Positions 9,039 through 17,146 of a DNA stretch of 64,000 bases are shown here, in pieces. Position numbers and translations under genes: made by a program. Numbering within the stretch: position 1 is the first letter of the stretch; the number at the start of each line of letters is the position of its first letter. The notes under the pieces were generated by a model, which saw only the letters and a program-made list of their open reading frames with translations, was not told the origin of the DNA and searched no databases. Source of the stretch: a virus (lineage: Duplodnaviria > Heunggongvirae > Uroviricota > Caudoviricetes); the IMG/VR virus record IMGVR_UViG_3300010373_001364, positions 112,116-176,115 of that record. One strand, written 5' to 3'.

Positions 9039-10616
9039 ATGGATAGAAGGCTTGATGTACTTTTTGTTCACCCAGGAGATGCACATCTGCTGTATCAGGG
9101 TTTGAGCAACAAGTTTAGCGCCATAGAGACACCTACTTGGTGTCTCTTGCTGGCACAGTCTTGTCGCTCTAAAGGCTTTGGCGTAGCCATCTTGGACTGC
9201 GACGCTGAACGCCTGAATTACGAGCAGGCGGTGACTCGCATTAAGGAAGCCAATCCGCGATTGGTGTGCTTTGTCGTTTATGGACAAAACCCGAATGCTG
9301 GCACCACAAAGATGACTGGTGCTATTGGAGTTGCGGCTAAATTGAAGACGGAATACCCAGAGTATCCCGTCTGCTTTGTCGGTTCGCACACCAGTGCCCT
9401 CCCCAGAGAGGTGCTTGCCTACCCGTTCGTAGACTTTGTTCTGCTGAACGAGGGCGTCTATGCCTTGAGGAACCTTCTGGCGACCGATCTGAAGACCGAT
9501 CTTCAGAGTATTAAGGGCATTGGTTGGAAGGAAAGCGCTCCACTTAAGATGCACGCTGATCAGTGGTGCTGCGAGTCGAATAAGTGTCTCTGTGTTTTGA
9601 ATGCACCAGAGCGTGTGGTTCCAAATGAGTTGATGGATGTGGACTTGCCGGGTTCTGCCTGGGATTTGTTGCCCTACAACAAGCAGCCCTTTGATCTTTA
9701 TCGCTCCTGTAACTGGCACGCGGACTTCCATGAAGACAAGAGGCGTCCTTATGCTGCCATCTACTCTTCCTTGGGGTGCCGCTTCAAATGCGACTTCTGC
9801 ATGATCAATATCTTGAATCGTGTAGATAACAGCGACGGCGTGAACGCTGCTCACTCTCCGAACATGAGATTTTGGTCGCCTAATTTCATGTTGAAGGAGT
9901 TTGACAAGTTAGTCAATGCCGGGGTTACGACCATCCGCATCAGCGACGAGATGTTCTTTCTTGACAAGAGATACTTTGAGCCATTGCTACAAGGATTGGT
10001 AGATCGTGGTTATGGTAAGGAACTGCTGATGTGGGCGTATGCTCGCGTGGATACGGTGCGAGCCAAATACCTTGACTTATTCAACAAGGCTGGTGTGAAG
10101 TGGCTGGCGCTGGGCATTGAGGCTGCCGACCAGAAGATCCGCAAAGAGATTACCAAGGGCACCTATGAAGAAGTAGACATCCGAGAGATCGTCAAGCAAA
10201 TCGCAGATTCTGGAATCAGTACGATCTCCAACTACATCTTCGGTCTGCCGGATGACGACTACAACTCCATGAATGCCACCCTTGACCTGGCGTCGGAGTT
10301 GAATACAGAGATGGCGAATATGTACCCTTGCTTTGCTCTGCCGGGTTCGCCTCTCTATTATCAAGCAGGGCAAAAAGGATGGGCGTTGCCTCAAACATTC
10401 GAGGCTTGGTCCTTCCACTCTTACGAATGTTTGCCTCTTCCTACTAAGCACTTGAGTGCTGCGGAGGTATTACGCTTCCGTGATCGTGCTTGGGATATGT
10501 ACTTCAATCGTCCTGAGTACCATAAGGTAGTTGAGGACAAGTTCGGTAAGGTGGCAGTAGATCACATCAAAGAAATGGCGTCCATCAAACTCAAAAGAAG
10601 GCTGTTAGGAGATTGA
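9039..10616 (+). CDS. Cobalamin-binding radical SAM enzyme (class B radical SAM, methyltransferase-like)
   Basis: GAGGAG RBS then ATG 9039. N-terminal B12-binding-like Rossmann region (VLFVHPGD, AILDCDAE). Radical SAM cluster motif CRFKCDFC (Cx3Cx2C). 525 aa, typical of B12-rSAM. Confidence 0.8.
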   Translation: MDRRLDVLFVHPGDAHLLYQGLSNKFSAIETPTWCLLLAQSCRSKGFGVAILDCDAERLNYEQAVTRIKEANPRLVCFVVYGQNPNAGTTKMTGAIGVAAKLKTEYPEYPVCFVGSHTSALPREVLAYPFVDFVLLNEGVYALRNLLATDLKTDLQSIKGIGWKESAPLKMHADQWCCESNKCLCVLNAPERVVPNELMDVDLPGSAWDLLPYNKQPFDLYRSCNWHADFHEDKRRPYAAIYSSLGCRFKCDFCMINILNRVDNSDGVNAAHSPNMRFWSPNFMLKEFDKLVNAGVTTIRISDEMFFLDKRYFEPLLQGLVDRGYGKELLMWAYARVDTVRAKYLDLFNKAGVKWLALGIEAADQKIRKEITKGTYEEVDIREIVKQIADSGISTISNYIFGLPDDDYNSMNATLDLASELNTEMANMYPCFALPGSPLYYQAGQKGWALPQTFEAWSFHSYECLPLPTKHLSAAEVLRFRDRAWDMYFNRPEYHKVVEDKFGKVAVDHIKEMASIKLKRRLLGD

Positions 10617-10617
10617 T

Positions 10618-10986
10618 ATGCACGCAACTTTGCCCAAGGTACTACTCGCCCAGGAGATAAAGAAACGTATCGAGGATATGGAGGAGGGTGAGGAAGGCTC
10701 AGCCATGCCCTATGCTATGGCGGCTGATAATGAGGACCACTTATGGCTGGACCCCGGTGCCCTTGTAACCCTCAATGGTGATGGTACATTCCGTGTCCGT
10801 AGGTCCAGGGACGGCTATGAGGTGGCTGTCGATGTTGATTGCGCCTATCGCTGGGAGCGCGGCGAAGTCAATCACAATGGTGACTTGAATCAGTACACCG
10901 AGCCAGTTGTAAGGATCAAGGTACTTGAACATACTGAGTTTGACGTGCATAAGAACGGCTGCGTGGCGGGAAGGGTTCATGGATAA
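10618..10986 (+). CDS. hypothetical protein (122 aa)
   Basis: ATG overlaps the upstream stop (ATATG after TGA). Acidic. No motif. Confidence 0.5.
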   Translation: MHATLPKVLLAQEIKKRIEDMEEGEEGSAMPYAMAADNEDHLWLDPGALVTLNGDGTFRVRRSRDGYEVAVDVDCAYRWERGEVNHNGDLNQYTEPVVRIKVLEHTEFDVHKNGCVAGRVHG

Positions 10987-11254
10987 GTTCAAAGGGAAGT
11001 TCCAAGAAGCTTGTTGCACTAACCGCAGCATTGGCTATGGAAGGCTATGGGAGGAATATGAAGCTGGGTGGGAATACTATCACCACTGCTCCTGCCATAT
11101 CTGTGAGTTGCGTCGTCAAGAGAACGGTGTGACAAGATGTGTTGACAAATCTTGCGAGGGATGCAAGAATTTGAAGGAAGGCAAGAAGATCCGCAATTGG
11201 ATTGAGATGATCGAAGATACGATGCGCGGTGCCGATAAGGTGGAGAAAGAATGA
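10979..11254 (+). CDS. hypothetical Cys/His-rich protein (putative metal-binding)
   Basis: ATG 10979 overlaps the upstream stop. Clusters CCTNR, HHCSCHIC, CVDKSCEGC. Confidence 0.45.
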   Translation: MDKFKGKFQEACCTNRSIGYGRLWEEYEAGWEYYHHCSCHICELRRQENGVTRCVDKSCEGCKNLKEGKKIRNWIEMIEDTMRGADKVEKE

Positions 11255-11937
11255 AGGTAGATTTGACAGCAGCAGACCTCATTGCCTTTGAGGATGAGGT
11301 TTGTAAGCACTTTGCAGACAAGAAGATCCGCGCCCCTGTCCATCTGGATAATGGGAATGAGGAGCAATTGTCTCTTATTTTCCAACATCGTGTGGACGAA
11401 GATGACTGGATTTGTGGCTCTTGGCGTCAACACTACAAGTGCTTGCTCAAAGGTGTGCCCAAGGAAGAACTGATGCAGGCTATCTTAGAGGGCAAATCCA
11501 TCTCCTTATGTTTCCCTAAGTACAAGATCATATCTTCGGCGATTGTCGGCGGCATCTTGCCTGTGGCTGTGGGGATTGCCCTTGGCATTAAGAGGAAGGG
11601 CGGAACAAACAAGGTTGTGTGTTTTATGGGTGAAATGACTTCTGAGACAGGAGCCGCCCATGAGTGCATTAAATACAGTCAGAACCACGATCTTCCAATC
11701 TTGTTTGTCGTGGAAGATAACGGCAAAAGCGTTTGTACCCCCACCCTGCCTGTCTGGAACATGCAAAAACTAACCTATGGGAATGATTGCCAACACCCTA
11801 TAGTGAGTGCCTTGATCAAAGAAAAGGAAGGTATGTTGAAGGGTAGCGGTATTTATTGGGTCAGCCCAAAGGTACTTTATTACAAGTACAAGAGCAAGTA
11901 CCCACATGCGGGCGGTGGACAAAGAATAAATTTCTGA
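11251..11937 (+). CDS. ThDP-dependent dehydrogenase/transketolase E1-alpha-like subunit (truncated, 228 aa)
   Basis: ThDP-binding motif CFMGEMTSETGAAHE...DLPILFVVEDNG (GDG...NN-type). ATGA overlap with upstream gene. Confidence 0.65.
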   Translation: MKVDLTAADLIAFEDEVCKHFADKKIRAPVHLDNGNEEQLSLIFQHRVDEDDWICGSWRQHYKCLLKGVPKEELMQAILEGKSISLCFPKYKIISSAIVGGILPVAVGIALGIKRKGGTNKVVCFMGEMTSETGAAHECIKYSQNHDLPILFVVEDNGKSVCTPTLPVWNMQKLTYGNDCQHPIVSALIKEKEGMLKGSGIYWVSPKVLYYKYKSKYPHAGGGQRINF

Positions 11938-11944
11938 GGCTGTC

Positions 11945-12157
11945 GTGAAAAAACCCATTGCGGTAGTGTGCGGCGACGGATGGGAAGGCTTGTATGTCAA
12001 TGGCAAGCTGGTAGAGGAGAACCACCATCTGACCCTGTTCGATTTCGTGAAGTTAACTGGCATTAAATGTGAGTTCATAGAACCGGACATGGAGTGGCTA
12101 GACGAGCGTGGTCGTCTACCAGAGAAACTTGAAGATGTGAAAGTGTCAAAAGAATAA
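11945..12157 (+). CDS. hypothetical protein (70 aa, GTG start)
   Basis: Small ORF filling the gap. No motif. Confidence 0.35.
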   Translation: MKKPIAVVCGDGWEGLYVNGKLVEENHHLTLFDFVKLTGIKCEFIEPDMEWLDERGRLPEKLEDVKVSKE

Positions 12158-12165
12158 GAGGCAAC

Positions 12166-12531
12166 ATGGCGAAAGCAAAGACAACGAAAACGACCAAGAC
12201 CAAGGCAAAGACGAAGAAGGTCAATGTCGCACCACCAGCACCAGAACCAGCAAAGAAGCCTGGTATGGATGGTTTCTGGGGTTCCAAGGCGGTTGAAGAT
12301 TTCATCAAGAACCGGATCGGCTTCCTGGCAGAAGGCTGTACCTTCGACTACATGCCTTACCATGAAGATATTCGTGCGGGGCGTAGTCAATTCGCCCGCT
12401 ACGACATCTTGTGTCATCATAAGGATGGCGAGTTGATTCTGCACTATAAGGTCAACTTCGATTCCTCTGGTAGGTTCGTGCCCGATCCAGTCGTTGACAA
12501 CACCGTGGCTCTTAGAATGATGAAGGGATAA
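12166..12531 (+). CDS. Lysine-rich histone H1-like / nucleoid-associated-like protein
   Basis: N-terminus MAKAKTTKTTKTKAKTKKVNVAPPAPEPAKKPG (KT/AK repeats, PAPEP) followed by a globular C-terminal half. Confidence 0.5.
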   Translation: MAKAKTTKTTKTKAKTKKVNVAPPAPEPAKKPGMDGFWGSKAVEDFIKNRIGFLAEGCTFDYMPYHEDIRAGRSQFARYDILCHHKDGELILHYKVNFDSSGRFVPDPVVDNTVALRMMKG

Positions 12532-12532
12532 C

Positions 12533-12709
12533 ATGGGACACAATCGAGCAGGGGCAAACCGCAAGAAGCGGCTGAAGCGGCGCAAGAGGATGGAGCAACA
12601 GTTGGAGAGAAAGCTCCGCAGGGAGATTCTTACCCTGACACATTTCTTGAAACACCGCTATGGCTTGGATCAACATCACCACCATCGCGATCACCGGGAG
12701 GAAAAGTGA
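12533..12709 (+). CDS. small arginine-rich basic protein (58 aa)
   Basis: ATG 12533 lies 1 nt after the upstream stop. NRKKRLKRRKRMEQQLERKLRRE then HHHHRDH. Its stop overlaps the next GTG start (GTGA). Below the 60-aa cutoff of the ORF track. Confidence 0.3.
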   Translation: MGHNRAGANRKKRLKRRKRMEQQLERKLRREILTLTHFLKHRYGLDQHHHHRDHREEK

Positions 12710-12966
12710 AGTTCAAAGTATGGGGAACCAATACTCATCCCTCAGATGAGTTAGATGACATTGAAGGTCTTCATGCTCAACTCCTTGGCTATTCTTTTTT
12801 GAGGGAGTTTGAAGCAGATAACATGGTTGAGGCGTGTCGTGCGGCAAGAGAATGCGAGAGATCCGAATATCGTTATCTTCGTGTAACAGGTGGTGGTTTT
12901 GCAGTGGAGTTTGACTCAAGGGTTGAGTTCCCAGAGGGTGAATTAACTACTGCATTGAGGGGGTGA
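12706..12966 (+). CDS. hypothetical protein (86 aa)
   Basis: GTG start overlapping the upstream stop. Acidic. Confidence 0.45.
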   Translation: MKFKVWGTNTHPSDELDDIEGLHAQLLGYSFLREFEADNMVEACRAARECERSEYRYLRVTGGGFAVEFDSRVEFPEGELTTALRG

Positions 12967-12967
12967 A

Positions 12968-13291
12968 ATGGGTGTATTGATTTCAATCAACAATAAGTGT
13001 GTTGCGGATTGTGCAGAACCTACAGATGCTTGGGACTGGCTGATCTCTGAACATGCTCTACCAGAGGGTTTATTCCAGAAGGTTGATGATGAACATGAGT
13101 TGATCAGACCAACTTGGTCGGATCTTCCGCTGAAGTTCTTTTGGAAGGGTCACAGATATATGGTGTCGAAAGTAGACAACTTGAGGAGACAACATGAACA
13201 TGAATGCCCGGTTCTTGAAAGAAGCCCAGGAACTCGGAAAGAGATGGGCAAATTCTTCCCTTTTGCAGGGAATGACGGCAACAATGAGTAA
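12968..13291 (+). CDS. hypothetical protein (107 aa)
   Basis: ATG 1 nt after the upstream stop. C-terminal part overlaps the next ORF and may be read-through. Confidence 0.35.
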   Translation: MGVLISINNKCVADCAEPTDAWDWLISEHALPEGLFQKVDDEHELIRPTWSDLPLKFFWKGHRYMVSKVDNLRRQHEHECPVLERSPGTRKEMGKFFPFAGNDGNNE

Positions 13292-13421
13292 ATCTGAGAT
13301 GGCTGCGATGCTTGAGTGTGAGCGTCTGCACAATGAAACAGGCATTTGGGATTGTTGTGATCACTGTCGAGAACGAGAAAAACAAGAAAAAGGCGAATCA
13401 AATGAAAACTCTGGCTCTTAG
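13194..13421 (+). CDS. hypothetical protein (75 aa)
   Basis: GAGGAG RBS then ATG 13194. Cys/His pairs (CCDHC). Confidence 0.4.
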   Translation: MNMNARFLKEAQELGKRWANSSLLQGMTATMSKSEMAAMLECERLHNETGIWDCCDHCREREKQEKGESNENSGS

Positions 13422-14070
13422 TCTGTTGTTTTGTTTGGCTGGTTTTGCTTCTGCTCAAGACTTCACCACAAATCACGGTCCCAGCGTGGGCTATGAGAAC
13501 ATTCACAATCACAAGGAACCCAACAAAGAGCGTCGTCATGACAGGGACCATAGTCATCCACCGGCTCTCCCATTGAAGAAGACTTATCCTCCTCTATTTA
13601 GCCACATCAAGAGGGGCAGTAAGAAAGGCTTTGAAGGTATGGAGCTTGTTTCTTCCGTCAAGAAGGTTGGTGATAAGTGGGAGTACACTTATGTCCTCAA
13701 GAACATAGGCAAGAGAAAGACTTGGATGGTTGGTAGTTCTTTGCCTGATCGCGCCATTGGTTTAAGCAGCGGTATTAGAGATGTCGCCCATTTTTATCGC
13801 TTAAAGCCTGGAAAGTCTATCACCATCACCGTAACCCATAAAGACCCTCCGGTTGAATATCAGGCTGTCATCCAGTGTTTCGACAAAGATCGCCATAGTG
13901 GTTTCAAGGATTGGTATAAGGAAAATGGTGTTAAGATAACTGGCGTTCAACCTACCTACTACTTCCAGATGGCAGGCGGCGTGAACGGTTGGCTCCCCAA
14001 GGGACTCCAGCCAAGACAGCTTCCTAAGAAACTAACTCCGCTTGGACCTCTCCCTGGTGGCAAGAAATGA
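13402..14070 (+). CDS. secreted protein with N-terminal signal peptide
   Basis: MKTLALSLLFCLAGFASAQ is a classic Sec signal with an AxA cleavage site. 222 aa. Confidence 0.55.
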   Translation: MKTLALSLLFCLAGFASAQDFTTNHGPSVGYENIHNHKEPNKERRHDRDHSHPPALPLKKTYPPLFSHIKRGSKKGFEGMELVSSVKKVGDKWEYTYVLKNIGKRKTWMVGSSLPDRAIGLSSGIRDVAHFYRLKPGKSITITVTHKDPPVEYQAVIQCFDKDRHSGFKDWYKENGVKITGVQPTYYFQMAGGVNGWLPKGLQPRQLPKKLTPLGPLPGGKK

Positions 14071-14285
14071 ACAGCATTTCTGGTGAATGTGTTTGGTGCA
14101 ATGGGACTCATAGGATTCTGTGGTGTTACAGGTGTTGCGGTTGGTTTTGCCACAGATGTCTTGAGTCCCATTGCCATGAGGTGTATAAAGAAAGAAGGAA
14201 GCAAATAGACTTATTCTTTGCTTCCTCTGAATTCCAAGAATGGTTGAATGAATACAAAGAGGGGAAGTGTGAAGACGTTCTATAA
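14067..14285 (+). CDS. Cys-rich zinc-finger-like small protein
   Basis: ATGA overlap. CVWCNG...CYRCCGWFCHRCLESHCH. Confidence 0.5.
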   Translation: MNSISGECVWCNGTHRILWCYRCCGWFCHRCLESHCHEVYKERRKQIDLFFASSEFQEWLNEYKEGKCEDVL

Positions 14286-14898
14286 CCCGGATAGCCGCAA
14301 CAGTCTCTACGGGCACTCGCGAGAAGTTGAGTCCTACTTCGATGAGTTGTCCAGGGCGATGACTTGGCTAGGCAAGAAAGATAAAACCATCTTCATCGGT
14401 CAGGCGGTTGGTTATCCCGGCACTGCCATGTACAACACCCTCAAAGAAGTTCCTGAAGAAAAGCGGTTAGAACTTCCAGTAGCCGAAGAGATGCAGATGG
14501 GCATGTCTTTGGGTCTTTCCCTTTCCGGCTATGTTCCCATCAGCATCTTCCCCAGGTGGAATTTCTTGCTCTGCGCTATGAGCAGTCTCATCAACCATCT
14601 GGACAAGTACCCCCTCATCTCCGACTACAAGCCCCACGTTATCATTCGCACCGGCATTGGCAGTGTGGTGCCTCTGGACCCACAGTTCCAGCACAAAGGT
14701 GACTTCACAGAAGCTATTAAAAGCATGTGCAGGACCGTGAAGGTACAGAGGATTGAACACCCACATGAGGTGGTGAAGGCTTATGCGGAAGCCTATCACA
14801 TGCCGGGTGTTTACATCATGTGCGAGGTTTCTGACTTCTTGAACGAAGACTTCAGGAAGGACTATGAAAGGTTCAGGCTGACTTATGGAGGTGAGTAG
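14248..14898 (+). CDS. ThDP-dependent E1-beta / transketolase pyrimidine-binding-domain-like subunit (216 aa)
   Basis: KTIFIGQAVGYPGTAMY...LELPVAEEMQMGMSLGLSLSGYVP matches the E1-beta Pyr-domain pattern (R..DTPI.E.G..G...G.A..G.RP). Lacks the C-terminal transketolase_C domain. Start may be GTG 14269. Confidence 0.6.
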   Translation: MNTKRGSVKTFYNPDSRNSLYGHSREVESYFDELSRAMTWLGKKDKTIFIGQAVGYPGTAMYNTLKEVPEEKRLELPVAEEMQMGMSLGLSLSGYVPISIFPRWNFLLCAMSSLINHLDKYPLISDYKPHVIIRTGIGSVVPLDPQFQHKGDFTEAIKSMCRTVKVQRIEHPHEVVKAYAEAYHMPGVYIMCEVSDFLNEDFRKDYERFRLTYGGE

Positions 14899-15233
14899 TG
14901 GAGTTGAACATTTCTGAAGTGAAGTTTGATCATGACACCTTATGTCCCTATGTGGAAATCGAAGTTAAGACCCGGCTAATGTTGGATCGCGAAGGGTGGG
15001 CGATTTTGAAGCATCATGGCGAAACTGTGTTCAATGTGATGGCTTGTCATTATCGTGACACTCTAGAAGCTTCCGAGAAATTACAGGAGTTGGTTAATGA
15101 AAAACAACGCCCTCCCCTGAAGGAATACTGGTGTCAGGAAAAACTGGAATTCTGCCGTGGCACCAACGAAGCTCACCAAGAGGTTGCAAAGATTTTGGAG
15201 GATGAAATCCAATGGAAAAACAAGTCTGGCTAA
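14898..15233 (+). CDS. hypothetical protein (111 aa)
   Basis: GTG start overlapping the upstream stop (TAGTG). Confidence 0.45.
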   Translation: MELNISEVKFDHDTLCPYVEIEVKTRLMLDREGWAILKHHGETVFNVMACHYRDTLEASEKLQELVNEKQRPPLKEYWCQEKLEFCRGTNEAHQEVAKILEDEIQWKNKSG

Positions 15234-15415
15234 TATACGAGGATGATTACGGCGGCTTGTTTTCCCCCTATATTCTCACCAAGGTGTGTGAGAGCGAAAA
15301 GGAGGCTTGGGACTACGCCAAGGAAAAACTCGCAAGTGTTGTGCAGTCCGGCTACGCAGGATCACTAGATACTTCAGCTTACCCTTATTATCATGGAGGG
15401 AAGTACAGTGATTAG
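15212..15415 (+). CDS. hypothetical protein (67 aa)
   Basis: ATG start with 22-nt overlap. Acidic. Confidence 0.4.
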   Translation: MEKQVWLIYEDDYGGLFSPYILTKVCESEKEAWDYAKEKLASVVQSGYAGSLDTSAYPYYHGGKYSD

Positions 15416-15423
15416 GAGGAGTG

Positions 15424-15672
15424 ATGAGTAAAGATGTGAATTACACGCAATGTAAGCTCAAGAAGAAAACTCAAGATGGTGAAACGCATCAGATGAGTTG
15501 GATTCCCAGCGAGTTTGCCAAGGTAGGGAAGGTATTGAAGCTGCGTGATGAAGGCACCGATAATTGGGACAATGGTTGGGTGGTGGAGGCAGCTTATTCA
15601 ACCCGCACCTGGGAGGAAGTCAATAGGGCTTCTCAGCTTCATAAACATCAAAGAAAAGCATCAGACATTTGA
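15424..15672 (+). CDS. hypothetical protein (82 aa)
   Basis: AGGAGGAG RBS then GTG ATG. ATG 15424 chosen. Confidence 0.45.
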   Translation: MSKDVNYTQCKLKKKTQDGETHQMSWIPSEFAKVGKVLKLRDEGTDNWDNGWVVEAAYSTRTWEEVNRASQLHKHQRKASDI

Positions 15673-15831
15673 TGGAGGGATATGCTGACCTTAGATGAGC
15701 TTTGGCTGGTGTGGCGGTGGATGTACAGTTATCCTGCGGTACATGAGTGGGGCTGGAAAGACGGTCCCTTATCTCAGCAACAAGCTCTCGCCAGCCCTGG
15801 CTTTGGTTGACCGGCTGTTTCTCTTGCGCAG

Positions 15832-16152
15832 TTGCGTAACCAGCTAGATGAACAAGGTTTGATGGATTCTCTACGAGACATTTACAACTACTACTTTGAT
15901 GTGACTGGTGAAAGTTATATCAAAACTACTTGTTTAGAGAAGCCAAAGGCTTTTAACCCCATGAGGAAATATGAAAGACGAAGTGAAAATTGGTATGACA
16001 AGTGTTTGCACAATGTCCCAGGAAGAATCTCTTCAGCTTGCTGCTGCTGCGTGGTGCGGCGAGAAGACCAAGCACAAGGTCATGGACCCGGAATTGGCGA
16101 AGGAGTTTGCCAGAATTCTTCAAAGAGAAGTAAATGGCAGATTGCTGCGTGA
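15832..16152 (+). CDS. hypothetical protein (doubtful)
   Basis: TTG-start ORF. Its C-terminal half overlaps the next ORF and is Cys-run low complexity. Confidence 0.25.
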   Translation: MRNQLDEQGLMDSLRDIYNYYFDVTGESYIKTTCLEKPKAFNPMRKYERRSENWYDKCLHNVPGRISSACCCCVVRREDQAQGHGPGIGEGVCQNSSKRSKWQIAA

Positions 16153-16438
16153 GCGAATCATCAAGAAGGGCTTGCTGTCCACTCAAGGTGTCAGAGCGGC
16201 GAGGGAGTACGAGAAGTTGACTGGAGAGTCGTTGTGCCAGTGGGTCGAGGTTTTGGCGAAGGAGAAGGCTAACAGCAAGCAACTCAAGCTCATGGAAGAT
16301 GCGACGAAGGTTTACAACATTACCAAGGGCACGCCACTCCGTTTTCCGCCAGAAGCAATCATTCACATGGAGATTGGGGAGGACCGTAAGACTTTTAACC
16401 CAGGAGATGCTGATGGCAATGAAGCAACTGATCGTTGA
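15971..16438 (+). CDS. hypothetical protein (155 aa)
   Basis: Plausible composition. Alternative starts at 15995 and 16013. Confidence 0.45.
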   Translation: MKDEVKIGMTSVCTMSQEESLQLAAAAWCGEKTKHKVMDPELAKEFARILQREVNGRLLRERIIKKGLLSTQGVRAAREYEKLTGESLCQWVEVLAKEKANSKQLKLMEDATKVYNITKGTPLRFPPEAIIHMEIGEDRKTFNPGDADGNEATDR

Positions 16439-16577
16439 AATATACAACACCAAAGAAGGTGCCGTGAAAGCCGGTGAAGACTACAAGGAGTGGTTCGGTT
16501 ATGAATACACTGTTGAACCGGAAGGCGACAAGTGGAAACTAACCGCAAACTTGAATGGTCAAAATCTGATGGGGTGA
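16407..16577 (+). CDS. hypothetical small protein (56 aa)
   Basis: GGAG then ATG 16407. Overlaps the upstream stop. Confidence 0.3.
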   Translation: MLMAMKQLIVEIYNTKEGAVKAGEDYKEWFGYEYTVEPEGDKWKLTANLNGQNLMG

Positions 16578-16581
16578 TAAG

Positions 16582-16932
16582 ATGTCAAAAATCAGAAAAG
16601 TGTTTGTGATTGTTGCAATCCTTTTGGCACTCATTGGAGCAGCATTCTTTCTTTCTCCGTATGAGACGTACTACACCATCGAGCGCTCAAAAAGTAACAT
16701 GCTCGGTGTTACAGTGGCTCCCGTGACCCTTCCGGTGTGGTTGGGTTGGGTGATGGAGAAGTGTGACCTGGCGGTTAGCAAAGAACGTGCCGATCAGATG
16801 GCGTGGGAGCGAGCCAAACAACAACTAGAATGGATCAAGCAACACCCAACGATGACAGAGAAGGAGAAACAGGAAGCGAAGGATTGGGTGCTGAAAGGCT
16901 TAGGTAACAACAAATATATACCAAAGGACTGA
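16582..16932 (+). CDS. membrane protein (one N-terminal TM helix)
   Basis: MSKIRKVFVIVAILLALIGAAFFL TM segment followed by a soluble domain. Confidence 0.5.
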   Translation: MSKIRKVFVIVAILLALIGAAFFLSPYETYYTIERSKSNMLGVTVAPVTLPVWLGWVMEKCDLAVSKERADQMAWERAKQQLEWIKQHPTMTEKEKQEAKDWVLKGLGNNKYIPKD

Positions 16933-16939
16933 GGTAATC

Positions 16940-17146
16940 ATGAAGCTAGACGAGCATATGGTTGACCTTCTGCAAGCCTTAGCTCTGCTGGTCAGAGATG
17001 GCTGGATGGTAAAATCATTCAAGGAAGAACATCATCTAGGGATAGTGCCTTGTATTGAAGTGTCTAGGACTTTCGGATCAAGAGCCGAGTTTCACACTTT
17101 CTATGATACCGTAGAACTATGGAACTGGATTCTGGAATTGAAATAA
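16940..17146 (+). CDS. hypothetical protein (68 aa)
   Basis: GAGG then ATG. Confidence 0.4.
   Translation: MKLDEHMVDLLQALALLVRDGWMVKSFKEEHHLGIVPCIEVSRTFGSRAEFHTFYDTVELWNWILELK

Noticed and set aside
8949-9854. 301-aa minus-strand ORF overlapping the gp23-like and radical SAM genes
   Set aside because: Antisense to a gene with clear Cx3Cx2C radical SAM homology. No motif, poor composition.
11770-12585. 271-aa minus-strand ORF
   Set aside because: Overlaps four + strand ORFs including the E1-alpha-like gene and the H1-like gene. Low-complexity Ser/Arg/Cys-rich product.
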